From Methylotuvimicrobium sp. KM2 (GTDB taxonomy: Bacteria; Pseudomonadota; Gammaproteobacteria; Methylococcales; Methylomonadaceae), in contig NZ_CP150634.1 in assembly GCF_038051925.1 (NCBI RefSeq), forward strand, positions 2,373,758 through 2,437,757: a DNA stretch of 64,000 nt, in the 5' to 3' direction. Each line of letters begins with the position of its first letter. Positions within the stretch are counted from its first letter, which is position 1. A model generated the notes under the pieces. That model was not told where the DNA came from, did no database searches, and saw only the letters and a program-made list of their open reading frames with translations. This document shows, piece by piece, positions 49,174 through 58,407 of the stretch. The position numbers were made by a program, and so were the translations under genes.

Positions 49174-49527
49174 ATGTCCGAATCATCATCACCCAGACAA
49201 GGAATATTATCCTTGTCGATAAAAGATAAAAACGCACTCTATGCCGCCTATATGCCTTTTATTACCAATGGCGGATTGTTTATTCCGACAAATCGCGAAT
49301 ACGAAATGGGGCAGGAGGTTTTTATGTTGTTGAATTTAATGGAAGAAACAGAGCGATTGCCGATTGCAGGTAAAATTATTTGGAAAACACCTGCCGGTTC
49401 GGAAGGGTATCGTACTACCGGTATCGGTGTTCAGTTCAGCGATCAGGATGGCGGTATGGCACGTAATAAAATAGAGACCTATTTAGCCGGCGCTCTGGAA
49501 TCGGATCGAGCCACCCATACAATGTAA
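49174..49527 (+). CDS. pilZ: Type IV pilus assembly PilZ protein.
   Basis: The small PilZ family protein (LSLSIKDKNALYAAYMPFITNGGLFIPT) sits in the conserved holB-pilZ-tatD position. Confidence 0.75.
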   Translation: MSESSSPRQGILSLSIKDKNALYAAYMPFITNGGLFIPTNREYEMGQEVFMLLNLMEETERLPIAGKIIWKTPAGSEGYRTTGIGVQFSDQDGGMARNKIETYLAGALESDRATHTM

Positions 49528-49597
49528 CGGTTTGGTTTTTCGGGCCTCACGCACCAATTCCTTCAACTAAACTCAATCTTTATACCTGTGTTATCCC

Positions 49598-50377
49598 ATG
49601 CTAATCGACTCTCACTGCCATTTAGATCGTATCGATCTTTCTCCTTATCAAGATGATTTTTCTTGCTTCATGCAAGAAACCTCGAAACATCAAATCGAAC
49701 ACATGCTGTGTATCAGCATCGATCTTGAAGCTTATCCATCGATGTGCGAATTGGTCGCTCCTTATCCTCAGATCTCCTTGACGGTCGGCGTGCATCCTAA
49801 TTCGCATGACGGAAAGGAGCCGACAACTGATGAATTGATCACACTCGGCCAAGCCGAAAAAGTCATCGGCATCGGTGAAACCGGATTGGATTATTTTAGA
49901 AGTGAAGGGGACTTATCTTGGCAACACCAGCGATTTAGACGACATATCGCGGCGGCGAAAAGTTTAAATAAACCTTTAATCGTCCATACGCGAGAAGCCC
50001 GAGAAGACACTTTACGCATTTTGAAAGAAGAAGGTGCCGATTCGGTCGGCGGTATTATCCATTGTTTTACCGAAGACTGGGAATTTGCGCTTCGTGCGCT
50101 CGAGTTGAATTTTTATATTTCCTTTTCAGGGATTGTAACGTTCAATAATGCTAAAGCAATACAAGAAGTGGCGCAAAAAATTCCGGCGGATAGATATTTG
50201 ATTGAAACCGACTCGCCCTACCTAGCTCCGGTTCCTTTTCGCGGACGACCTAATTATCCGATTTATGTTCGACATGTGGCTGAATTTATAGCTAAATTAA
50301 GAAATACCTCGTTGGAGGTCATCGCGGACCAGAGTAAAGATAACTTTGTACGCTTATTTAATTTAGAATGCCTATGA
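49598..50377 (+). CDS. TatD-family metal-dependent DNase (YcfH).
   Basis: It starts MLIDSHCHLD, and the TatD motifs follow. Confidence 0.85.
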   Translation: MLIDSHCHLDRIDLSPYQDDFSCFMQETSKHQIEHMLCISIDLEAYPSMCELVAPYPQISLTVGVHPNSHDGKEPTTDELITLGQAEKVIGIGETGLDYFRSEGDLSWQHQRFRRHIAAAKSLNKPLIVHTREAREDTLRILKEEGADSVGGIIHCFTEDWEFALRALELNFYISFSGIVTFNNAKAIQEVAQKIPADRYLIETDSPYLAPVPFRGRPNYPIYVRHVAEFIAKLRNTSLEVIADQSKDNFVRLFNLECL

Positions 50378-50390
50378 AATTCAATACTTT

Positions 50391-51173
50391 TCAAGATTTT
50401 TGAGCTGAAACCACTAAAACGTTGATACAGGCATAAAAAGAATCATCCGTTGCGGCGCGTTGTAAGTCGGTTCGCCAATAGTTCAGCTCTTGTTCCGTAA
50501 TCGCATGATTGGCCAAGGCTTGATCTTCGACAATCTGCTGGACCGATAATGAATAGAAAAGGTTTATATCGGTTGCAATAATCGGAAAGACTTCGACTTC
50601 AATATGACTGAAACCGCATTTTTTGAATTGCCTGTATAGGCTTCTGCCTGAGTAACCATTGTTCATCATATGCGACATACGATAATGAGAAAGAGTACGC
50701 TCGACTCCGGGAAGTTGGGTATCGATCGACAAGCTAGCCCAGTCTGTTTCCACAACAACAACGTATCCTTTGTCTTTAGTCACTCTTTTTATTTCCAAAA
50801 GTGTTTGTTCCGGCTGTTTGAGGTGCATGAATAATCGCTCGCTTCGACAACTATCGAATAACCCACTCCTGAAAGGTAACTTTTCGGCACTACCTTGTAT
50901 TAAATTAGCCTGCTGAATTGTAGAAAGTTGTCTACAATTCTGGATAGCGCTTTTTAACATCTCATGATCATGATCATACCCGAAGACTTCACCGTCTTTC
51001 CCAACCATTTTCGATAGTTCGGCAACATCTACCCCAGGCCCGCATCCGATGTCGGCTATTATATTTCCGTTGGAAATATTCATTTTTTTATAACTGTGAT
51101 GCTTAATCGGTAAAAAAATATCTGCCGCTTTTTGCAGATATTCCGAGCTGACTTCTCCGTGAAAAACTTTCAT
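50391..51173 (-). CDS. Class I SAM-dependent methyltransferase.
   Basis: Its SAM motif I is IADIGCGPGVD. Confidence 0.7.
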   Translation of the reverse strand: MKVFHGEVSSEYLQKAADIFLPIKHHSYKKMNISNGNIIADIGCGPGVDVAELSKMVGKDGEVFGYDHDHEMLKSAIQNCRQLSTIQQANLIQGSAEKLPFRSGLFDSCRSERLFMHLKQPEQTLLEIKRVTKDKGYVVVVETDWASLSIDTQLPGVERTLSHYRMSHMMNNGYSGRSLYRQFKKCGFSHIEVEVFPIIATDINLFYSLSVQQIVEDQALANHAITEQELNYWRTDLQRAATDDSFYACINVLVVSAQKS

Positions 51174-51268
51174 AGTTGACCTAACATGGGTTCTAGATAA
51201 ATAAATGCTTTGAACTATGCTTAGAGTCTAGTCAATATTTTAGGATATGAGAAGGAAGAAGGATACAA

Positions 51269-52003
51269 ATGAAAGATACAATGACTCTATGCGAACACTA
51301 TCAAAATTATTTTTATACGGTTAAGGCGAATACTCAAGATTTACTAGAGCAAGCTTATCACGTTAGATACCAGGTTTATTGTGAAGAATTAAAAAAATTA
51401 TCGCCGAATTCTGAAAACGCATTTCAAGAATCAGATGAATGGGATGACGATGCCGTTCATGGTGTTTTATTTTATAAAAGAGATAAAAAACCTATTGGAA
51501 ATATTCGTATCATCACATTAAAAGATGACACGGAGAAAAAGTTACCGATTGAGTTGTATTATAAAAAAGAATTTGACTTTAGAGGCTCTGGTATAACTTC
51601 ACTAAAAGAAGGTAAGACAGGCGAAGTATCCAGAATGGCTCTGATCTCTCGTTTTAGAAGAAGACCATCCGACAAAGACTATTCGATGAATAACAATATG
51701 CGTGAAAATGATCACGAAAACAGACGGTTTTCCACTAATTACCTACCGATGAGCTTAACTTTCTCTTCTATCTCACTTATGCTGGAACACGCACTCGATT
51801 ATGGCATTGCATTAATGGAGCCTCGTTTAGCTAGATTATTAGTGCGCTTTGGCGTTGAATTAAAACAGATTGGGCAACCCATAGACCATTTTGGCATACG
51901 TGCACCTTTTATTATTTTTCCTAAAAAAACTTATCAAAACTTAATGCCGGAATATCGACTCCTATTTGACATTATCAGTTCGGAACTAAAAGATTCTCAT
52001 TGA
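51269..52003 (+). CDS. GNAT-fold N-acyltransferase (LuxI/FeeM-like N-acyl amino acid synthase, PEP-CTERM/exosortase-associated type).
   Basis: The size is right, and the N-terminal YHVRYQVYCEELKK and mid-protein GEVSRMA motifs resemble autoinducer/N-acyl-amino-acid-synthase folds. The assignment is tentative. Confidence 0.35.
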   Translation: MKDTMTLCEHYQNYFYTVKANTQDLLEQAYHVRYQVYCEELKKLSPNSENAFQESDEWDDDAVHGVLFYKRDKKPIGNIRIITLKDDTEKKLPIELYYKKEFDFRGSGITSLKEGKTGEVSRMALISRFRRRPSDKDYSMNNNMRENDHENRRFSTNYLPMSLTFSSISLMLEHALDYGIALMEPRLARLLVRFGVELKQIGQPIDHFGIRAPFIIFPKKTYQNLMPEYRLLFDIISSELKDSH

Positions 52004-52007
52004 CAAC

Positions 52008-54860
52008 ATGCCATCTGTCAAAAAACAAAAACAGCCGTCTCTTAGTCTGGTTTGGAAAACAATACTCGCTGTCGGTTTTGCAACAGCACTAGCATCCGGT
52101 GCCATTGTTTTGTTCGGACAGTTTTCATTGAATCAGAATTACCAGCAAGAAAGGTCTCGTGTTCATCGCTTTTATCGACAAGCCTTTCAAGGTATTTTGG
52201 AAGGCATCAAGAACGACAGGGTCGATATCGGTTGGTTGATTCCGGCATTTATCGATGACAAAACCAGCCCCCAAAACGCATTGGAGGTCATTGACCATTT
52301 TATCGATAACAACTGGTTTAAAATTGAAGTCGAATCGGATATTGAATCGGCATTTCTGTTTAGTTCCGATGAAAAGTTGATTGGTTCTTGGGGGAACACG
52401 CTATATCATGGGCAGCTTTCAGAATGGTTGGATTATGTGATTACCCATGAATCACCGTTCGACAAAATTTTATGCGAGGAGCGCTGCGTTCATTTTCATG
52501 CTACGCCGTTTTTACATCACGGAAGTTTTATCGGCGTATTCATTTTTGGTATCGATCTTGCCGATACTGTTTTAAAGATGAGAGACTTGACCGGTTCCGG
52601 GATTAGTATCTTAACGTTACCTCATGAATTCACAAATCCAAAAAAAGAATTACTTTCTATTCCGCCATGGCAAGCAAATATAGTGGCTTTAACGGATTCA
52701 GAACGCAATATCGGATTACTTAACGCTTTTAGTCGGCAATATCCTGATGGAATACCCGATTATCCGAAGATATTTAAGTTTGAGAATAGGACCTATGAGA
52801 TCATTCCTTTTCCGTTTAATGGAAACAACAATACAGTACTTTTGATTATTGAAGATATTAGTAGGGGCTTGGACGAAATCAAAAATGCGACTGCTCTCTA
52901 TGCCATTAATGGATTGCTTAGTTTATTGTTGTCCGGCGGAGTATTGTTACTATTACTGATTGGACCGACGCAAAAATTAAAAAGACTCATTGCATTATTG
53001 CCGTTGATCGCAAAAAAACAATACGACTTAGTGGCCAAATTATTACTTTACTCGAAAAAACACAGTTTCTTTAAAGATGAAATCGATGTTTTAGAATCCG
53101 CCTCGCACCAACTGATATCAACCCTTAAGCAACTAGACGATGAAGTTAATTTACGCACCCAACGCCTCTCCGAACAAGCTTTGGAGCTGCAAATCGAAAA
53201 GAATTTTATCGACAATATTCTTAATTCGGCTCAAGTCATTATTATGACGGTCGATAGTATGGGGCGTATTAAATCCGTCAATCAGTATGCGCAATATTTG
53301 CTTCAATATACGGAAGCCGAATTATTAAATACAGATTTTGTCGAATTTATTCCTACTGAAGAACATAGAGGGATGATTGAAAGTTCAATAACACAACTAT
53401 TGGATAAGTATAACAATACCTTTCAATACGAATGCCCGATTTATTCCATCGACGGAGCTCAACTCTATATCTCATGGTTTTTATCGCCATTAGTGCTAAA
53501 AGAGCTAGGTATCGATGCCGACCCTGAAGTTTTAATTGTCGGATTGGATTTAACCGATAGACGCAAATCCGAAAAACAATTGACTTGGTTGGCCGAACAC
53601 GACCCGTTGACAGGTTTATATAACCGCCGAAAATTCGAAAAAGAATTCGAGCACGCTATCAATATGGCGACTCGCTATCATCATAGCTCAGCCTTGATTT
53701 TTTTCGATATCGATCAATTTAAATACGTTAACGATAGCAGCGGCCATCAAGTCGGTGACGAATTACTAGTTAAAGTGGCCGAAAGACTACGCAGTTCAAC
53801 TCGCGATACCGATGTTATCGCTCGATTTGGAGGCGATGAATTTATCGTGATCGCTCCTGAAATCAATCAACAAGCGGCCGAAGATTTAGTGCAAAAAATT
53901 TGTACAGAAATGGCCTCGGTATCGATAACGGACAACAATCAACAACATCGGGTTTCGGTTAGTGCAGGGGTTTTAATGTTTCCAGAGCCTAATTGCTCTG
54001 CTCAAGACCTTTTGGCAACTGCCGATGTTGCAATGTATAAAGCCAAAGAATCCGGTCGGGGAGGGTGGAGACTTGCAAATAGCGAGGATATTCATCGGAG
54101 CGAAATCAAAACGAAGGTCAATTGGAAAGCCAAAATCGAACAGGCTCTTAACGATCGGCAATTTAAGCTGTTTTACCAACCGATCATGCATATCCGCGAT
54201 AGAAGCATATCTCATTATGAGTGTTTATTGAGAATGATTGGAAGCAACGACGAAATCATTCCGCCAGGTATGTTTATCGAAGTCGCTGAACAAACGGGAT
54301 TAATTTTTCAACTCGATATGTGCGTTGTCGAACTCGCTTTCGTAAAGCAGGTTGAATTAATAGAACAAGGAGTCGATATTAGGCTGTCAATTAATTTATC
54401 CGGGGAGACGCTTTCAAATATCGATGCTTTTTCAAAAATCGATAAGCTGTTGCGTTCATATGGGCTCGATGCACATAAATTTATTTTTGAAGTGACAGAA
54501 ACGCAAGCAGTGACCAACTTGCAGTCTGCTCATGAATTTATAAATAATATCAACAGCATAGGCGGAAGTTTTGCTTTGGACGATTTCGGGGTGGGCTTTT
54601 CATCAATGAGTTATCTAAGACAATTACCGGTTGAATATTTAAAAATAGACGGGTCGTTTGTAAAAAATATTAATTCAAGCCTGGATGATCAATTATTCGT
54701 CAACGCCATTAATAGTGTAGGCCAAGGAATGGGCTTAAAAACGATTGCCGAATTTGTTGAAAATGACGTTATTTTCGAAAAACTGGCAACACTTGGTGTT
54801 GATTATGCCCAAGGCTATGGAATAGGAAAGCCGATGCCGTTTCTTGAATTTCATAAGTAA
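52008..54860 (+). CDS. Membrane sensor with HAMP-PAS-GGDEF-EAL domains (diguanylate cyclase/phosphodiesterase).
   Basis: The GGDEF domain has RFGGDEF. The EAL domain has ECLLRM...DDFGVGFSS...KIDGSF. TM segments flank a periplasmic domain. Confidence 0.85.
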   Translation: MPSVKKQKQPSLSLVWKTILAVGFATALASGAIVLFGQFSLNQNYQQERSRVHRFYRQAFQGILEGIKNDRVDIGWLIPAFIDDKTSPQNALEVIDHFIDNNWFKIEVESDIESAFLFSSDEKLIGSWGNTLYHGQLSEWLDYVITHESPFDKILCEERCVHFHATPFLHHGSFIGVFIFGIDLADTVLKMRDLTGSGISILTLPHEFTNPKKELLSIPPWQANIVALTDSERNIGLLNAFSRQYPDGIPDYPKIFKFENRTYEIIPFPFNGNNNTVLLIIEDISRGLDEIKNATALYAINGLLSLLLSGGVLLLLLIGPTQKLKRLIALLPLIAKKQYDLVAKLLLYSKKHSFFKDEIDVLESASHQLISTLKQLDDEVNLRTQRLSEQALELQIEKNFIDNILNSAQVIIMTVDSMGRIKSVNQYAQYLLQYTEAELLNTDFVEFIPTEEHRGMIESSITQLLDKYNNTFQYECPIYSIDGAQLYISWFLSPLVLKELGIDADPEVLIVGLDLTDRRKSEKQLTWLAEHDPLTGLYNRRKFEKEFEHAINMATRYHHSSALIFFDIDQFKYVNDSSGHQVGDELLVKVAERLRSSTRDTDVIARFGGDEFIVIAPEINQQAAEDLVQKICTEMASVSITDNNQQHRVSVSAGVLMFPEPNCSAQDLLATADVAMYKAKESGRGGWRLANSEDIHRSEIKTKVNWKAKIEQALNDRQFKLFYQPIMHIRDRSISHYECLLRMIGSNDEIIPPGMFIEVAEQTGLIFQLDMCVVELAFVKQVELIEQGVDIRLSINLSGETLSNIDAFSKIDKLLRSYGLDAHKFIFEVTETQAVTNLQSAHEFINNINSIGGSFALDDFGVGFSSMSYLRQLPVEYLKIDGSFVKNINSSLDDQLFVNAINSVGQGMGLKTIAEFVENDVIFEKLATLGVDYAQGYGIGKPMPFLEFHK

Positions 54861-54861
54861 A

Positions 54862-56076
54862 TTAGAAGTCGTAAGACATCATAATGGTATACATATCCCA
54901 ATGCTGCGTTGTTCCTTGGAGATTTTCCAAGTTGGATAGCCAGCCGGTTCCATTGATTCGGTGGTATTCGGCACTAAAATTCAATGCCGGTAATATTTCA
55001 TAACGTAAACCAAAAGTCCAATCTTGAGCAAACCTGGAATGATTGATGATTCCGGGTGCGGCTTGCGCGAGTTTCAAACCTTTTTTATCATCCATGTCCC
55101 ATATCAATTCGTCATAACGCACTAACGCTTCTAGAGAAGAAGTCAGTCTATAGGTGCCTTGTATATAAAAGCTTTGGCCGGTAAATTCAGTGTCCGGAAT
55201 GGCTCCGAAATTCTTCAATTGAGCCCGGCGTAAGGCGTATTCGCCGGTAAGCGACCATTTTTCGGCATTATATTGTGCTGAAAAGATTAATGGATTAAAT
55301 CGCCAAGAACCTGCCTGAAAAAAAGCGCCGGCTGATGGTTTGTAATCGCCATTAAAATCTGCATAGGTTATCGCTAGCTTAGCTAAGCCGTTTTCCCATT
55401 CGTAACCGGTGCGCAACACCCAGGATATATCGCCTTCCATTTTTCCCGGATCTGAACCGACTAGTGTATTTTTAAAATCCGGATCATCCATTCTTGGGAT
55501 CACTACACCGAAATTCAACGAAAAATCGCCATAGTCCGTTCTATGTTCTCCGTAGATATAGCCGCCGTCGGCTGATAACGCCAAATTTCTATTGACATCA
55601 AAATAAATCGATTGAGGTAATAAGATGCTGGGACGAGTCGAGGCAACGTCCCGTGTATCGTTGTATAAGCCAAGCGGAGTAGGGACTCTGCCGCCCCTAA
55701 GTGTTAATAGTGAATGTTCCGACGAATATAAGTTATAGCTGGCCAGTCCATAATCGATTCGGACATTGCTATCGTCGGTTTTACCCGCATCGCGCCATAC
55801 TATCTGCATGGCAATTTGCAATTCCGGCAAAATTCTATAAGAGGCATTGATACCGAGTTCTCTAAAGTCGGTTGATATCGAATCGTCAGTTTTACCAAAA
55901 AAATTATTATCGGAAGTATGAATAAATCCTTGAGATAAAAAACCGTGAATCTGGAGGTTTTGAGGTAACCAATCGCTTTCGAAGGCTTGAGCGTTAGTAA
56001 GCAGGCAGCATAAAACTAATGCGATACCGTAGCTATTCAATTTAAAAAAACGGTTTAAAGTTGACGTATGACGCAT
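54862..56076 (-). CDS. Putative outer-membrane beta-barrel protein.
   Basis: It has a signal peptide, alternating amphipathic strands and a C-terminal ...MMSYDF with an aromatic terminal residue. Confidence 0.45.
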   Translation of the reverse strand: MRHTSTLNRFFKLNSYGIALVLCCLLTNAQAFESDWLPQNLQIHGFLSQGFIHTSDNNFFGKTDDSISTDFRELGINASYRILPELQIAMQIVWRDAGKTDDSNVRIDYGLASYNLYSSEHSLLTLRGGRVPTPLGLYNDTRDVASTRPSILLPQSIYFDVNRNLALSADGGYIYGEHRTDYGDFSLNFGVVIPRMDDPDFKNTLVGSDPGKMEGDISWVLRTGYEWENGLAKLAITYADFNGDYKPSAGAFFQAGSWRFNPLIFSAQYNAEKWSLTGEYALRRAQLKNFGAIPDTEFTGQSFYIQGTYRLTSSLEALVRYDELIWDMDDKKGLKLAQAAPGIINHSRFAQDWTFGLRYEILPALNFSAEYHRINGTGWLSNLENLQGTTQHWDMYTIMMSYDF

Positions 56077-56090
56077 GAATGGAAAAGGCC

Positions 56091-56549
56091 TTATTTTATG
56101 ATCAGGATTTTGATATCTTCAGTGATGTCTTCACCGCTTAAATATCCGATTGCGCCAGGTGTAGATGCGATTTTATCAACCATTTCTTCCTTGCTGGCAA
56201 CGGTAACGGGAGCCTGGCCGGTCCCGCTAAATACCAGCTTGTTCCAGCTTCGACGCATCTGATGTGGAAATACATTCAATACTTGTTTGCAAAACTGTTT
56301 ATGAAGAGGGTTACTGTCACGTAATACAAAAACAATAATGGGAGAACCGTCTTGCCATTGGCGAAGCCGCATTCTAAATATAGCGCTCAATCCGTTTCGG
56401 CTAACAGAGTTTTGCGTTAATGCGCTGTTGACAACGGGATAAATGCTTGGCGTGGGAGCGGATAAAACCTGCGACATCAAAACAAAGAGCAACGCTAAAA
56501 ATCCAAATTGCTTTCGTCGTAGATTTTTATTCGATTCGTTTGACTTCAA
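56091..56549 (-). CDS. Small periplasmic PBP-like (PstS-like half-domain) protein.
   Basis: It has a signal peptide and a C-terminal TPGAIGYL motif typical of PBP_like_2 proteins. Confidence 0.4.
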   Translation of the reverse strand: MKSNESNKNLRRKQFGFLALLFVLMSQVLSAPTPSIYPVVNSALTQNSVSRNGLSAIFRMRLRQWQDGSPIIVFVLRDSNPLHKQFCKQVLNVFPHQMRRSWNKLVFSGTGQAPVTVASKEEMVDKIASTPGAIGYLSGEDITEDIKILIIK

Positions 56550-57280
56550 ATGGGAAGCGCCTTAGGTCTTAAAGTGAGTTTTAAAAAGAAATCAAAGTTT
56601 AGTTACTATTTTGTGAATATCAAATGAGGAGGAGTTAATTGATAAAGATTACTCCCTTTATACTCAAAAAATGGTTAACTTTATGAAGGTATGGGGTGTG
56701 GCTAGCGAGGATGTCGGCAGCAGGGAACGCTGCCGTCAAGCCCCCATGGACGGGTTCACGGCGGTCCTCGATAGACACATCCCATGCCTTTTTATTCTTA
56801 GACGGTTTTTCAATCAAAAGGGAGTATTATAAGCAACTATTTCCTAATGACATTATTTAACATAATATACATTATGCGCCATTATAACCACCTTAGTTTC
56901 AGGCTTTTTGGCATCCGAAATGTTTTCCACTCTGAACCTAAATAATTCGAGCTTGAATAGTTACAGAAAAGTTGATTGACGTTAATGACGCGCGTAAACT
57001 CAACCAACTAAAGCAATGGAGCCTTAAAATTGAGTCTAGAAGATAGAAATTGGTTTCAGAGGGAAAAAGATAAGATATTGACGAATTTGAAGAAAAACAA
57101 TTATGAGAATCTAGTAATAATTGCCATCGCTTTTCTATGGATCATTATTGAATACTTGCTAAGATTTAACGATTGATAATTCGGCGCCTGGGTGTCCGCG
57201 CCAGCTCCATGCTGGCAAAGCCTTTATCGGACCCCAGGCGCCTCCTCAGGGACTGCCGAAATTCGAAGTGCGAAAGGTAA

Positions 57281-57841
57281 CTACCATTGTGACTCGCCGG
57301 TTTCCGGGTCGTACATCTCATGTGCGATTTTATGGCGGTTCGCTATCAATTCCTCAATGCTTGGCGATTGTGTCATCGCACGCTGAATGGCCAACTTCAT
57401 TGCTTCGTAATTGGTTCGATATAAGTCCTTGCGGTCGAGATCCGGATTGGTTGCGCATTCAGGGGCGATCCAAATCATTGCAATGATGCAAATTTCATTG
57501 GCCTGATCGGCCGGGATCACGCCATCGATTACACTGTCCAATACTGCATCGGCGACTGCCGATTGAACGGGACCGCCGAATAGATTCACATAGTCGGTCG
57601 ACTTTATCGTAACTTTAGGTACCATGATGGTAGCAGGACGCACTTGTTGGTTACAGGCCCGTATTGCAAACATCCGAGTATGCCCTTCGGTTTGCCCCAT
57701 TAAATTGGCAAATGCGTGGCCTGCAGGCCCTTTAACGCTGCCGATAAGAATTTCAGGCATGGCATCCGTGCCTTGCCCTTCGCTGGAAAATACGGTGGCT
57801 TCGCCGGTTCTAAACCAAATTGAATCTGACATATAAAACAC
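57281..57841 (-). CDS. fae: Formaldehyde-activating enzyme (Fae) family protein.
   Basis: The motifs IPADQANEICIIAMIWIA and NYEAMKLAIQRA are colinear with the Methylobacterium Fae motifs [21 protein letters not shown] and NYEATKLSIQRA. Confidence 0.6.
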   Translation of the reverse strand: MFYMSDSIWFRTGEATVFSSEGQGTDAMPEILIGSVKGPAGHAFANLMGQTEGHTRMFAIRACNQQVRPATIMVPKVTIKSTDYVNLFGGPVQSAVADAVLDSVIDGVIPADQANEICIIAMIWIAPECATNPDLDRKDLYRTNYEAMKLAIQRAMTQSPSIEELIANRHKIAHEMYDPETGESQW

Positions 57842-57909
57842 CTGTAAGGTTAAAAACCGGCATTCTATTCCTGGTGTATAGCAATCCGCAACGAATAAAA
57901 TTGCAATCG

Positions 57910-58320
57910 TTATCTACGGCCCAATTCGTTGCCAAGCAATGAGCCGGCCGCCGCACCGATGCCCGATGCAATCGGATCGCCTCTGCCGATCTCATACCCT
58001 AACATGCTGCCTACGGCCCCGCCTACCAGTCCTTGCGTGGACCTTTGGTCATAACGGCTATAGCGTGGAGCCGGTACATAGGCAGGTGCCGGTATATAAC
58101 GAGGCACTGTCTCGTAAACAGTAACTCTTTGCGGATAGTAATGGACCTCTTCGCGATAATAAACGCGTTCAACCGGCCGGTATCGTTTAGCTCTATGCTT
58201 CGGATGGTAATAGTGTTTGCTATATCCTTTACCTCGGCCTGGATGATGATGTCCGCCTGAAGCTAAGGCCGACGTTGAAAAAACCAAACCCGTGATGATT
58301 ATTGCGATCAATTTCATCAT
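57910..58320 (-). CDS. Secreted His/Tyr/Pro-rich protein with a C-terminal glycine-zipper motif.
   Basis: It has a signal peptide, the repeats HHHPGRGKGYSKHYYHPKH and the C-terminal GGAVGSMLGYEIG...GIGAAAGSLLG. Confidence 0.4.
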   Translation of the reverse strand: MMKLIAIIITGLVFSTSALASGGHHHPGRGKGYSKHYYHPKHRAKRYRPVERVYYREEVHYYPQRVTVYETVPRYIPAPAYVPAPRYSRYDQRSTQGLVGGAVGSMLGYEIGRGDPIASGIGAAAGSLLGNELGRR

Positions 58321-58407
58321 TTTTGAATCTCCTGAAAAAAAGTAACGCGTATAACGGTTAACGTATCCGTAGCCTTTTAGCTATGGCCGGGCTACATTTT
58401 CCAAGGA

